Assembly (NCBI GenBank): GCA_965279525.1
Contig: CBDIIB010000005.1
Span: 1,536,001-1,600,000 of the forward strand
DNA: 64,000 nt
DNA from: Tagaea sp.
GTDB lineage: Bacteria; Pseudomonadota; Alphaproteobacteria; CACIAM-22H2
Direction: 5' to 3'
The position numbers were made by a program, and so were the translations under genes. Position 1 is the stretch's first letter. The number at the start of each line of letters is the position of its first letter. Under the pieces are notes generated by a model. That model worked only from the letters and a program-made list of their open reading frames with translations, made no database searches and was not told where the DNA came from. Shown one piece after another: positions 51,823-61,225 of this stretch.

Positions 51823-53294
51823 TGCGACGGCACCTCCTCGCGGCGGCGACGTTCGCCGTCCTCGCGGCAGCGCTTCCGGCGCGCGATGCCGCGGCGATCT
51901 GCGGCCGCAAGAGCTGCGTCGTCGGCAGCATGCCGTCGGGCGGCGGGGGCGGCGGCTACGGCGGCGGATACGACCCGTTCGCCGGCATGGGCGGCATGGT
52001 CGACATGATGTTCGGTGTCATGGGGGCCATCGAGGCGCAGCAGCAGCAGATGGCGCGGCAGAACGCCCTCGACCTCAACAATCGCGGCATCGCGCTCTAC
52101 CGCAACGGCGATCTCGTCGCGGCCGTCGCGGCTTTCCAGCAGTCGCTGCGGCTCAACCCGGGCGATCCCAACGTGCGCGGCAATCTCGAGGCCGCGGAAC
52201 GCGAGCTAGCCGAACTGCGCACGCGCGAATCCGCGCGCCAGCAGGCCGAGCGCGCCGCCCAGCAAAAGCGCATCGCCGGCCTGATCGACGGCATCGCGCG
52301 CGGACTCGATGCGGCGGCCGGCGCGCCAGCATCAGCTGCGGCGGACATCGACTTCATGGCGCCGGCCGGGACCAGCTTCTTCGGTACCGGCGGCGGCCCA
52401 GGTGGGCCCGCGCGGCCGGCCGCACCGCCGGTTCCCGCCGGGCGGCCGGCGGCGGGCAACGCGCCAGCCTACTCGGCGCCGGCACCGCAAGCGGCGGCGG
52501 AACCGCCGCTTGATTTCGTCGGCACGAAGGAACCGCTGTTCGACAAGGGCGGACAGGCATCGGTGCCCGTCGATGCGCGCGGCATTGCTGCGACCCCGCG
52601 CCCGCCGGTTTCCGCACCGACTGCCCCCAGGCTCGATTTCGCCGGTGCTGCCGAGGTCGCGCGCCCACCGATGCCGGCGACGCCCGATCCGATCGAGTAC
52701 CGCAGCACCGGCTTTCGTGCGTGGGCAGTCCGCAACCTCGCCGGTCCACTTATGGTCGGCGAGGTCGAGCGCGCGCAGGCAAACCAGACGATCCCGACGC
52801 TCAAGGCGCCGCCACGCGAAGGTCTGCCGCCGCCGCAGATGCGGCCCAAACCGCCGATGGCGGCCGCCGAAGGCCTTTCCGCGTTCGAGCAGCGCGCCCG
52901 CGAACTGGCGAACCTGGCGTTCGAGCGGATCGGTGCGGGCGACACGGATTCCGCCGCGCGGTTCCTCGAGACCGCCGACACGCTGGCGAAGTCCGATCAG
53001 CGATTCGGCCGGGCACTCGATTTTGCGAAGAATGCGCCACGGGCACCCGCGGACCCGCCTCCCGGCCGGGAAAGCCTCCTCCAGAATCTCGCGGTCCCGG
53101 GCGACGAACAGGAATCGGCGCGATCAGCCTTTGCCGGCTACCGGTATCTCAATGATGGCGACTATATGAACGCGGCCATCGAGTTCCATTCGGCGCGGCG
53201 CCAGCATGCCGCCGTCGATGGCCCGCACTTCCGGGAACTTTCGCATCGCGAGTCGCAGGCCCGGCTCGGCGCGATCCTGTCCGGCCAGCACTAG
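51822..53294 (+). CDS. Secreted TPR-containing protein with Gly/Met- and Pro/Ala-rich regions
   Basis: Signal peptide; TPR LNNRGIALYRNGDLVAAVAAFQQSLRLNP; TGATG coupling to the previous gene. Confidence 0.75.
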   Translation: MRRHLLAAATFAVLAAALPARDAAAICGRKSCVVGSMPSGGGGGGYGGGYDPFAGMGGMVDMMFGVMGAIEAQQQQMARQNALDLNNRGIALYRNGDLVAAVAAFQQSLRLNPGDPNVRGNLEAAERELAELRTRESARQQAERAAQQKRIAGLIDGIARGLDAAAGAPASAAADIDFMAPAGTSFFGTGGGPGGPARPAAPPVPAGRPAAGNAPAYSAPAPQAAAEPPLDFVGTKEPLFDKGGQASVPVDARGIAATPRPPVSAPTAPRLDFAGAAEVARPPMPATPDPIEYRSTGFRAWAVRNLAGPLMVGEVERAQANQTIPTLKAPPREGLPPPQMRPKPPMAAAEGLSAFEQRARELANLAFERIGAGDTDSAARFLETADTLAKSDQRFGRALDFAKNAPRAPADPPPGRESLLQNLAVPGDEQESARSAFAGYRYLNDGDYMNAAIEFHSARRQHAAVDGPHFRELSHRESQARLGAILSGQH

Positions 53295-53338
53295 ACTTCC
53301 GCCGGCCCGCAAGCGGCATACCTCGTATACGGGAAGTC

Positions 53339-54145
53339 CTAGCGCGCGCCGGCTGCGTGGCCGATGGCGAAGTCGTTGCGTCCCGTGCGGTCCTGACCCG
53401 CCACCAGCCACAGCGGCCGTGTCGAGAAATCGACCGTGTAGCCGCTGCCGGCACCCGGCTTCATCAACGTGCGGTCGAACAGCGACGTGGCGGGCATGTA
53501 GCGGATCGCGACGCCCGCGCGCCGCCGGGGCGAACGGTTCGGGTTCGAGCCGTGGATCAGGTAGACGTCGTGCATCGACATCTGGCCCGGATCGAGCTCG
53601 ATGTCGGCGGCCGCATCTTCGTCGAACGAGCCGGGGACGGCGCGCTGGTTGAGCACGAGGTCGGTGCGGTCCTCGCGCATGTGGTCGAGAAGTTCGCGCG
53701 CACGGTGGGAGCCTGGAATGACGCGCAGGCAGCCGTTGGAAACCTTCGACTCGTCCAGGGCGACCCACACCGTGCATGTCGCGAGCGGGCGGATCGGCCA
53801 ATAGTGCCCGTCCTGGTGCCACGGCACTTCCATGCCGTCGCCGCCCGGCTTGCAGAATATCTGGCAGCCCCAGAGGATCACGTCGGGGCCGATCAGCTGC
53901 GCCACGGCCGCCACGATCGCCGGATCGCGCGCGAGATCGAGGAAGTCGGAACTGCCGCGCACGCCTTCGGCGTTCCTGCCCTCGATATGGACGCTGACCA
54001 GGCGCTCGGGCCGGATGCCCGGGTTTTCGGCGATCAGCCGGTCGAGCGTGGCGCGCAGCCTGGCGATGCGTTCCTCGGGAACCCGCAGACCCGGAACGAC
54101 ATAACCGTCGTCGCGGAAGCGGACGATCTCCGGGCCGGAGAGCAT
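53339..54145 (-). CDS. Phytanoyl-CoA dioxygenase (PhyH) family Fe(II)/2OG dioxygenase
   Basis: F..DGY, WHQD (HxD), WVALD, NGCL.VIPGSH and HGS..N.S..RR motifs. Confidence 0.92.
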   Translation of the reverse strand: MLSGPEIVRFRDDGYVVPGLRVPEERIARLRATLDRLIAENPGIRPERLVSVHIEGRNAEGVRGSSDFLDLARDPAIVAAVAQLIGPDVILWGCQIFCKPGGDGMEVPWHQDGHYWPIRPLATCTVWVALDESKVSNGCLRVIPGSHRARELLDHMREDRTDLVLNQRAVPGSFDEDAAADIELDPGQMSMHDVYLIHGSNPNRSPRRRAGVAIRYMPATSLFDRTLMKPGAGSGYTVDFSTRPLWLVAGQDRTGRNDFAIGHAAGAR

Positions 54146-54987
54146 CACGTCTTGACCGAGCCCGAGGTGAGGTCGGCGGCCATGTAACGCTTGAACGTGT
54201 AGTAGATCGCCGCCGGGGGAAGCGCATAGATGACGCCCGTCGTCATCAGGAGTTCCCACGGCGAATCGTCGGCCGACAGGAACGCGCCCAGCGCCACCGC
54301 CAGCGTCGTGTCGACATCGCGCGACAGCAGCAGGAACGCGTAGAGATATTCGTTCCACGCCAGCAGCAGCGCATAGGTGCCGACGGCCACGATCGACGGC
54401 GTCATCAGCGGCACAAAGATGTGGCGGAAGAGCTGGAGGGCCGTCGCCCCGTCGATGATCGCCGCCTCGTCGAGTTCGAGAGGCAGCTTGTCGGCGGCCT
54501 GCTTCAGGACCCAGATCGCGTAGGGGGTCGCGACCGTCACCATGGCGAGGATCAGCGCCCACTGGCTGTTGAGCAGGCCGTAGGTGCCCATCGCCTTGTA
54601 CATCGGCAGCGCCAGGAACGCCGCCGGCACGAAGTAGGTCAGCAAGGCGAGATTCATGATGACCCGGCCACCGCGCACGCGCAGCCGACTGATCGCGAAT
54701 GCCGCCGACGTCGCAATCACCAGCGTGATGATGCCGACAGCCACGGCGATCAGCACCGAATTCCACATCTGGTGCCAGAAATTGATCAGGTAGTGGTGCT
54801 TCTGTTCGAAGACGATCTGGAAATTGCGCAAGGTCGGCTCGTCGGGCCAAAGCTTGCCCTTGAAGCCGGCTTCCTTGGGCGAAATCGCGAACAGGAACAT
54901 GTGGTAGAGCGGGATAAGCGTCCACAGCAGCACCGGAATGCCGACCAGCAGCAGGCGTGCCTCGTCCATGTGCTTGCGCATCGACAT
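54145..54987 (-). CDS. Carbohydrate ABC transporter permease (MalG-like)
   Basis: EAA loop ELDEAAIIDGA and AWNEYLYA. Confidence 0.92.
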   Translation of the reverse strand: MSMRKHMDEARLLLVGIPVLLWTLIPLYHMFLFAISPKEAGFKGKLWPDEPTLRNFQIVFEQKHHYLINFWHQMWNSVLIAVAVGIITLVIATSAAFAISRLRVRGGRVIMNLALLTYFVPAAFLALPMYKAMGTYGLLNSQWALILAMVTVATPYAIWVLKQAADKLPLELDEAAIIDGATALQLFRHIFVPLMTPSIVAVGTYALLLAWNEYLYAFLLLSRDVDTTLAVALGAFLSADDSPWELLMTTGVIYALPPAAIYYTFKRYMAADLTSGSVKT

Positions 54988-54989
54988 CC

Positions 54990-55865
54990 CTACCTCGACA
55001 GCCGGCGCATCATGAACACCATCAGCGGCATCATCAGCGGCAGGGCCACGATGATCGACGCCATCGCGAGATCGACCCGGTCGAGGCGGATATAGCGGAT
55101 GCCGAGCGTGGCGAGCACGTGCGTAAGGTCGGCGGGCCCGCCGCCGGTCAGCAGGTAGACGCTGTTGAAATCGCCGAGCGTGAAGAACATCGAGAGGATC
55201 GTGCAGGTGAGATAGAGCTGGCGCATCGAGGGCCAGGTGATGTGCAAGAACTTCTGGATGCCGGTGGCGCCGTCGATCGCGGCGGCCTCGTACATCTCCT
55301 TCGAGATGGCGAGCCTTCCTGCGAGCAGGATCAGCGTCCAGAACGGCAGCGACTTCCAGATATGCACCATGATCGACAGCGAAAGGCCCAGCGTGGGGTC
55401 GTTGAGCCAGTTCGGGCCGTCGAGGAATGTCAGGTTGTAGATGATCTGGTTGATCACGCCCCACTCGGGATTGAGCATGAAGCGGAACGACAGGATCGTC
55501 GGGATCGAGGGCACGGCCCAGGGCAGGATGAACAGCAGGCCGATCGCGCGGATCCACCAGCGCGGCAGCGCGAAGAAGCCGGAAAGCAGCAGCGCTATCG
55601 CCATCTTCAGGTTGATGCCGACGAGCAGGAAAATGACCGTGTTGTAGACCGCACCGATGAAGATCGGATCTTCGAACAGCTCGATATAGCTCTGCACGTG
55701 GTGGCCGAGCCAGAATCCGTACCCGACCGGATAGACGACGAAGACCGCGAAAACCAGCACATAGGGCGCCACGAGGACGAGCCCCCAGGCCTGCCACGAA
55801 GCCATCCGGCTCGCGGCGGCGGCTGCGACGGGAATCGCACCGGCGTCTGCGGTTGTCGCGGACAT
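54990..55865 (-). CDS. Carbohydrate ABC transporter permease (MalF-like)
   Basis: LPWAVP, YEAAAIDGA and LTGGGP motifs. Confidence 0.92.
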   Translation of the reverse strand: MSATTADAGAIPVAAAAASRMASWQAWGLVLVAPYVLVFAVFVVYPVGYGFWLGHHVQSYIELFEDPIFIGAVYNTVIFLLVGINLKMAIALLLSGFFALPRWWIRAIGLLFILPWAVPSIPTILSFRFMLNPEWGVINQIIYNLTFLDGPNWLNDPTLGLSLSIMVHIWKSLPFWTLILLAGRLAISKEMYEAAAIDGATGIQKFLHITWPSMRQLYLTCTILSMFFTLGDFNSVYLLTGGGPADLTHVLATLGIRYIRLDRVDLAMASIIVALPLMMPLMVFMMRRLSR

Positions 55866-55891
55866 TGCGCGGAGATTCGGGCGGAGCGGGA

Positions 55892-55931
55892 GCCAGCCGG
55901 CTGCGGGGAGCGATCCCCGCGGCCGGCCGGC
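55892..55931. repeat. GC-rich intergenic stem-loop after the sugar SBP gene
   Basis: GCCAGCCGGCTGCGGGGA-GCGA-TCCCCGCGGCCGGCCGGC; no U-tract. Confidence 0.7.
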
Positions 55932-55938
55932 CCGCCGT

Positions 55939-57309
55939 TCAGCCGGCGACCTGCTTGATGCGCGCGATCATCTCGTCGATCGCGCGTTCCGGCGTGATCT
56001 TCTCGTTGACCACGCGGTTGGCGGCCTTCGCCCAGACGTTTTCGTTGTTGAGGATCGTGAACTTCCAGTTCTTGGTGAACTCGAAGGGCACGGTGCCGTT
56101 GAAGAACTGGCTCTGCACCGCCTGGCGATGGCGGTCGGCCTTCCAGAACGTGCTCTGCTGCGCGTTCTTGGTGACCGGGAACCAGCGGCCGAGCGAACCT
56201 TCGACGTACGGCGTCAGGTTCTCTTCCTGCAGCAGGAACGCGACGAACTCCTTGGCGCGGTTCTTGTTGCGCGCTTCGGAGAACACGACGCCCGTCTTCA
56301 CGGCGGCGCGGTAGACCATCGGCTTGCCGTCCGGACGGTTCGGGAAGCCGGCGGTCGCGATGCGCTCGTCGTAGTTCTTCTTCGCCTCGGCCCGCTGGTC
56401 GGCCGTGAGCGTCGAGTTGTTGGCGTCGTCGAGCCACTTGGCGGCGATCGAGATCGTCGCGTTGTGGGTCATGACGGTCGTCTTGTTGTGGAAGGCGACG
56501 TTGTTGTCGGGATCCTTCCAGCTGGTCGAGGACGGCGGCGTGCAGCCCTTCGTGTACGGCTCGGTATAGTCCTTGAGCGCGCTGACCAGGCCCGCCTTGA
56601 CGGCCGGCTGGTCGACGAGGAGCTTTCCGTCGTCGTCGACGAGCTTGACGCCGTAGGCGTCCATGAACGTCAGGAACGAGTAGTAGGAGTCGGACGAATC
56701 GACGCCGAGCGGCTGGCCCATGGCGAAACCGCGCGTGCCCGAGGCGCGGCGGAAGCCCGGCTGCACCTTGTCGCACCAGAAGGCCCAGTAGCCCTTCCAG
56801 TCCTTCGGGATGTCGCTTTCCTTGAAGCCGGCCTGGTTGAGCAGGTCGATCCAGTACTGGATGTGCATCGTCTGCTGCTTGAGCGGGAAGGCGTAGTAGG
56901 CGCGCTTCTTGGCGACGTCGTTCCACAGGTTCGTGGTCTCGACGGTGTTCGGCGCGAAGGTCGGCAGCATCGGCTGGATGACGCTCGAGATGTCCTCGAG
57001 GCGGCCTTCGAAGGCCCACTTGGCCGTGACCTGGAAATCGTAGACGTCGGCATAGGCGACGTCCGGCACGGTCTTGGAGTCGAGTGCGGCGACCGTCTTC
57101 GGGATCATGTCCTGGATCGCGTACTGCGACAGCTCGACCTTGACGCCGGTCTTCGCCTCGAACTTCTTGATCGCCTCGAACAGGGCGTCGTCTTCGGCCT
57201 TGTAGAAACCCTTCACCCACCACACTTCGAGCTTTTCCTGCGCCTGGGCGGGAACGCCCATGGCCAGGAATCCTGCGAGTGCTGCAAAAGCGACAATGCG
57301 CTTCATCAC
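55939..57309 (-). CDS. Carbohydrate ABC transporter substrate-binding protein
   Basis: Signal peptide ending in AQA; FEAKTGVKVEL; SBP_bac_1-like size; upstream of two permeases. Confidence 0.9.
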   Translation of the reverse strand: MMKRIVAFAALAGFLAMGVPAQAQEKLEVWWVKGFYKAEDDALFEAIKKFEAKTGVKVELSQYAIQDMIPKTVAALDSKTVPDVAYADVYDFQVTAKWAFEGRLEDISSVIQPMLPTFAPNTVETTNLWNDVAKKRAYYAFPLKQQTMHIQYWIDLLNQAGFKESDIPKDWKGYWAFWCDKVQPGFRRASGTRGFAMGQPLGVDSSDSYYSFLTFMDAYGVKLVDDDGKLLVDQPAVKAGLVSALKDYTEPYTKGCTPPSSTSWKDPDNNVAFHNKTTVMTHNATISIAAKWLDDANNSTLTADQRAEAKKNYDERIATAGFPNRPDGKPMVYRAAVKTGVVFSEARNKNRAKEFVAFLLQEENLTPYVEGSLGRWFPVTKNAQQSTFWKADRHRQAVQSQFFNGTVPFEFTKNWKFTILNNENVWAKAANRVVNEKITPERAIDEMIARIKQVAG

Positions 57310-57540
57310 GTTATCCTCCCCTTTTCATGCGCGGCCCGCCGTTCGATCCGGCGAGTTTTCCGGCCGCGCCGCGGGGTTATAGCCTGCAAACTTTCGGGTG
57401 TCGACCGTCACAAGCCCGGCGAACGCCATGAACTTCCGATTGAGAAGGGCGCGCGATTTCCACGTAAACCGCAGGCATTGCCGGCCCGGAGTCGACGGAT
57501 GCCCAATCCGTTGGCATGATGCCGGGCAACGGAGCGGGAC

Positions 57541-58545
57541 ATGGCATTTTCGGAACTGCGCAACGAGTACGAAACGCCGATGGTGGTGGCCAGTGCGGTC
57601 TACCGCAACGGCACGCGCGTGCGCGACATCCCGCTCGAGGATGTCGGACCGGCGGCGCTGACCGAGGGTGAGTTCGTCTGGATCGGCCTGCACGAGCCGT
57701 CGATGGAGATCCTCGCGCACGTCCAGGGCCGTTTCGGCCTGCATCCGCTGGCGGTCGAGGACGCCAACCGCTCGCACCAGCGCCCGAAGATCGACCTCTA
57801 CGGCGAGGCGCTCTTCATGGTCCTGCGCACCGCCCAGGTAAAGGATGCCTGCATCGTCTTCGGCGAGACGCACGTCTTTGCCGGCCGCGGCTATGTCATC
57901 GCGGTACGCCACGGCCCTTCGGCGTCGTACGGCGAGGTGCGCGCGCGCTGCGAGCGCGAGGCGGCGATGTTCGCGCGCGGGGCCGGCTACGTGATCTACG
58001 CGATCATGGATTTCGTCGCCGACAACTTCTTCCCGGTCATCGACACGATCGCCGACGAAGTCGCCGAAATCGAGAGCCACATCATCGCGAAGAGCTTTAC
58101 ATCCGAGGAGGTCAACCGGCTCTACCAGCTGCGCCGCGAGCTGCTCGGATTCCGCCGCTCGGTGTCGCCGATGCTCGAGGTCTGCGCGCGGCTCGAACGG
58201 TACAACCTGCCGATCATCGACGCCGAGATGCGGCCCTATTACCACGACGTCTACGACCACGTGCAGCAGGTGAACGAGTCGATCGACAACCTGCGCGAAT
58301 CGCTCGCGTCGGCCTTCGACGCCGCGATGATGCTTGCCTCCGCAAGCCAGAACGAAGTGACCAAGAAGCTGGCGGCATGGGCCGCCATCCTGGCCGTACC
58401 CACCGCGATCGCCGGCATCTACGGCATGAATTTCGAGAACATGCCGGAGCTGAAGGCCGAGTTCGGCTACTACATCGTCGTCGGCGCGATCGTGTGCATC
58501 TGCGCCTATCTCTATCACCGGTTCAAGAAAGCCGACTGGCTGTGA
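57541..58545 (+). CDS. corA: Magnesium/cobalt transporter, CorA family (second paralogue)
   Basis: WIGLHEP, LHPLAVEDA..HQRPK, QNEVTKKL and PT.IAGIYGMNF.MPEL motifs. Confidence 0.93.
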   Translation: MAFSELRNEYETPMVVASAVYRNGTRVRDIPLEDVGPAALTEGEFVWIGLHEPSMEILAHVQGRFGLHPLAVEDANRSHQRPKIDLYGEALFMVLRTAQVKDACIVFGETHVFAGRGYVIAVRHGPSASYGEVRARCEREAAMFARGAGYVIYAIMDFVADNFFPVIDTIADEVAEIESHIIAKSFTSEEVNRLYQLRRELLGFRRSVSPMLEVCARLERYNLPIIDAEMRPYYHDVYDHVQQVNESIDNLRESLASAFDAAMMLASASQNEVTKKLAAWAAILAVPTAIAGIYGMNFENMPELKAEFGYYIVVGAIVCICAYLYHRFKKADWL

Positions 58546-58566
58546 GCGTGCGGGCCCGCGCAAGCG

Positions 58567-60240
58567 ATGGTTGAGCCGACAGCCGACGATCCGTTCGAAG
58601 CGCTTCTTGCCGCCGCAAACAGCGCGCGCGGCAACGGCGACCTCGCGACCGCCAGCATGCTCTACGACCGTGTCCTGCGGCTGCGGCCGTCCGATCCCGA
58701 CGCGCTCTACGACTACGGCCTCTATCTGATCGAGGCGGGCGAAGGCGAGAGCGCCTGCCAGATGCTGAACGCCGCGTTCGGACGGGATCCGTCGAACCTG
58801 AAGCTCGCCGCCGGCCTCGGGCACGCACTTCGCGCGACGGACCGTTACGCGCTTGCCGAGAGCGTCTGGCGTTCGCTGACGACCGTGATGCCCGACCAGG
58901 CGCAGCCGTTCTACGAACTCGGCCAGTCGTTGCTGGGGCTGGCGCGCCCGGAAGACTCCGTTCCCGTCTTCCGGCAGGCGCTGGCGAACAGTACGGGTCC
59001 GCTGCGCGACCTGTGCTGGAAAGCCTATCTGCTGGCGATGGCCTATGCCGACGGGATCGACCCGCTAACGGTGCGCGACGAGAACCGGCGGCGCGTCGCG
59101 GAACTGGCACCGGTCCCGGCCGGCCGACGCCATGCCAATGTCCGCGATCCCGGGCGCCGGCTCCGGATCGGCTACATCTCTTCCGATTTCCGCTTCCATT
59201 CCGTCGCCCGCACGATGGAGGCGCTGTTCGCCTTCCGCGACCGTCAGAACTTCGAAGTCATCGCCTATGCCGAGGACCGCCGGGTCGATGCGGTCACGCA
59301 CAAGTTCCGCGAGCTTGCCGACGGCTGGTTCTCGACCGTCGGACATGACGACGCGAGCGTGGCGCGGCGCATCCGCGACGACGGGATCGACGTGCTCGTC
59401 CTGTCGGCGGCCCATTTCGACGACAACCGGCTTGGCATCGCACTCCACCGGGCGGCGCCCGTGCAGGTCTCGATCTACGATTCCTCGTCGACCGGTTCCG
59501 ACGTGTTCGACGCTTTCGTTCTCGATCCGGTGATGGCGGCGGGCGGTGACGACCATTTCGCGGAGCGGCCCTTCCGGCTGCGCAGCATGTACGTCCATCC
59601 GCCGCTCGATCTCGCGCCGCCCGTCGCGGTTCCGCCGGCGGCCGCAAACGGCTACGTGACGTTCGGTTCGGCCAATCATCCGTCGAAATTCTCGCACCGC
59701 ACCTTCGCGCTCTGGGCGGCGGCGCTGCGCGCCGTGCCCGGCTCCCGGCTTCGGCTCAAATCGGCACGCCGATACGACGATCCGGCGATGCGCCAGGAAC
59801 TGGAAAATCGCTTCTCGGCGCTGGGTGTGGCGCCCGAACGCCTGGTTTTCGATCGCGGCGACCTCGGCATGGCGGCGCACCTTTCCTTCTATGGCCGGAT
59901 CGACATCTCGCTCGACACCACGCCGTTCAACGGCGCGACAACGACGTTCGAGTCGCTGTGGATGGGCGTTCCGGTCGTGGCACTTGCCGGACGCACGGTG
60001 ATGTCGCGCTGGGCGGCAGCCGTCCTGTCGCGGATCAACCGCCGGGAATGGACGGCTGACGACGAGGGCGGCTATGCGCGGATCGCCGCCGGGCTTGCCG
60101 CCGAGGCCGCCGGGCAGGACCGCGCCGGCCTGCGCGCGCGCGTGCAGGCATCCGCACTTTGCGATCTCGGCCGACATGCGCGCGATTACGAGAGGCTCTA
60201 CCGAACGCTCTGGCGTCGCTGGTGTCGGCGAAACCCGTGA
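58567..60240 (+). CDS. TPR-containing GT41 (OGT/SPINDLY-like) glycosyltransferase
   Basis: N-terminal TPRs; RLRIGYISSDFRFHSV, APVQ, TFGS.N..SK and DISLDT.PFNG.TTT.ESLWMGVPVV motifs. Confidence 0.88.
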   Translation: MVEPTADDPFEALLAAANSARGNGDLATASMLYDRVLRLRPSDPDALYDYGLYLIEAGEGESACQMLNAAFGRDPSNLKLAAGLGHALRATDRYALAESVWRSLTTVMPDQAQPFYELGQSLLGLARPEDSVPVFRQALANSTGPLRDLCWKAYLLAMAYADGIDPLTVRDENRRRVAELAPVPAGRRHANVRDPGRRLRIGYISSDFRFHSVARTMEALFAFRDRQNFEVIAYAEDRRVDAVTHKFRELADGWFSTVGHDDASVARRIRDDGIDVLVLSAAHFDDNRLGIALHRAAPVQVSIYDSSSTGSDVFDAFVLDPVMAAGGDDHFAERPFRLRSMYVHPPLDLAPPVAVPPAAANGYVTFGSANHPSKFSHRTFALWAAALRAVPGSRLRLKSARRYDDPAMRQELENRFSALGVAPERLVFDRGDLGMAAHLSFYGRIDISLDTTPFNGATTTFESLWMGVPVVALAGRTVMSRWAAAVLSRINRREWTADDEGGYARIAAGLAAEAAGQDRAGLRARVQASALCDLGRHARDYERLYRTLWRRWCRRNP

Positions 60241-60328
60241 ATTCCGGCCGTTCCGCCATGTTGCGGTGCGGCATCACTTGACGTTGGCGCCGCCGGCGCC
60301 AATCTTGTGCGGAGGAGGAGATCCGCAC

Positions 60329-61111
60329 ATGACCGACGGTGAAGCCGTCCCGGTCGCAGGATCGGAAGAGCAGAAGAAGCTCGAGATTCTCGCTGTCGAA
60401 GTGCTCTGCGGTTTCATCGAAACCGTGCATGCGCGCCAGAAGGCCGACGACGCGCCGATCGAGCTGTCCGATCTCAATCTCGCGATGACCGAGATGATCA
60501 ACAACGGCCGGATCGCGAAGATCGCCGAAGTGGCGCTGAGCGGAATCGGGCAGGGGCTTCGCCACCGATGGGCGCGGCTGCTGCGCAAGGACGCGTTCGG
60601 CCGGCTGCTGTGCGAGCCGCTCTCCGGCCTGTTCGAGGAAGGCAAGGTCCCGCGCAGCGTGCATCACGGGGTGCGCCATTTCGCGCGTCTGGTGCTCGGC
60701 GAGGAACTCGAACGCGCGCTCGAGAAGGAGTGCGGGAAGATCGTCGCCAGCTGCACCGAGCGCGAAGGGGTCGACTGGCAGCGCTTCTACCGGATCGCCC
60801 AGCCGATCTACTGGCAGTTCGCCGTCCGCCTGCCGTCCGCCTTCCGGCATTTCGATGCACGATTGAGCCACCTGCTCGGCATCCTTAATACAAACACCGG
60901 TCAGGTCAGCCTGTCGGCCAACGTCGTGGTCAAGACGGGCCGGGCCTTCAACACCGACATCGTCGGTCCGGCCCAGGTCCGTCTGATGCTGTCGGCCTGG
61001 CTTGCGGCGGTCGACGCGCTCGACGATGCCGAACGCGCGTCGATGGCGGCCGCGACCGGATTTACGGTCAATTTCGACGAATTGCGCGCCGAACTCGATC
61101 CGGACGCGTAA
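60329..61111 (+). CDS. Hypothetical protein (cytoplasmic, helical)
   Basis: Strong GGAGGAGGAG RBS before ATG; protein-like composition; no recognised motif. Confidence 0.7.
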   Translation: MTDGEAVPVAGSEEQKKLEILAVEVLCGFIETVHARQKADDAPIELSDLNLAMTEMINNGRIAKIAEVALSGIGQGLRHRWARLLRKDAFGRLLCEPLSGLFEEGKVPRSVHHGVRHFARLVLGEELERALEKECGKIVASCTEREGVDWQRFYRIAQPIYWQFAVRLPSAFRHFDARLSHLLGILNTNTGQVSLSANVVVKTGRAFNTDIVGPAQVRLMLSAWLAAVDALDDAERASMAAATGFTVNFDELRAELDPDA

Positions 61112-61225
61112 CTTCCGGCTTCAATTCCGGCGAACCTGCGCTATATGCTGGCGCCAACGGCTGCCGCGCGAAGCGGTGCCGGGCCCGACACGGCCCTTTC
61201 ATTTCCCCCAGGGAGGTTCTCCAAA

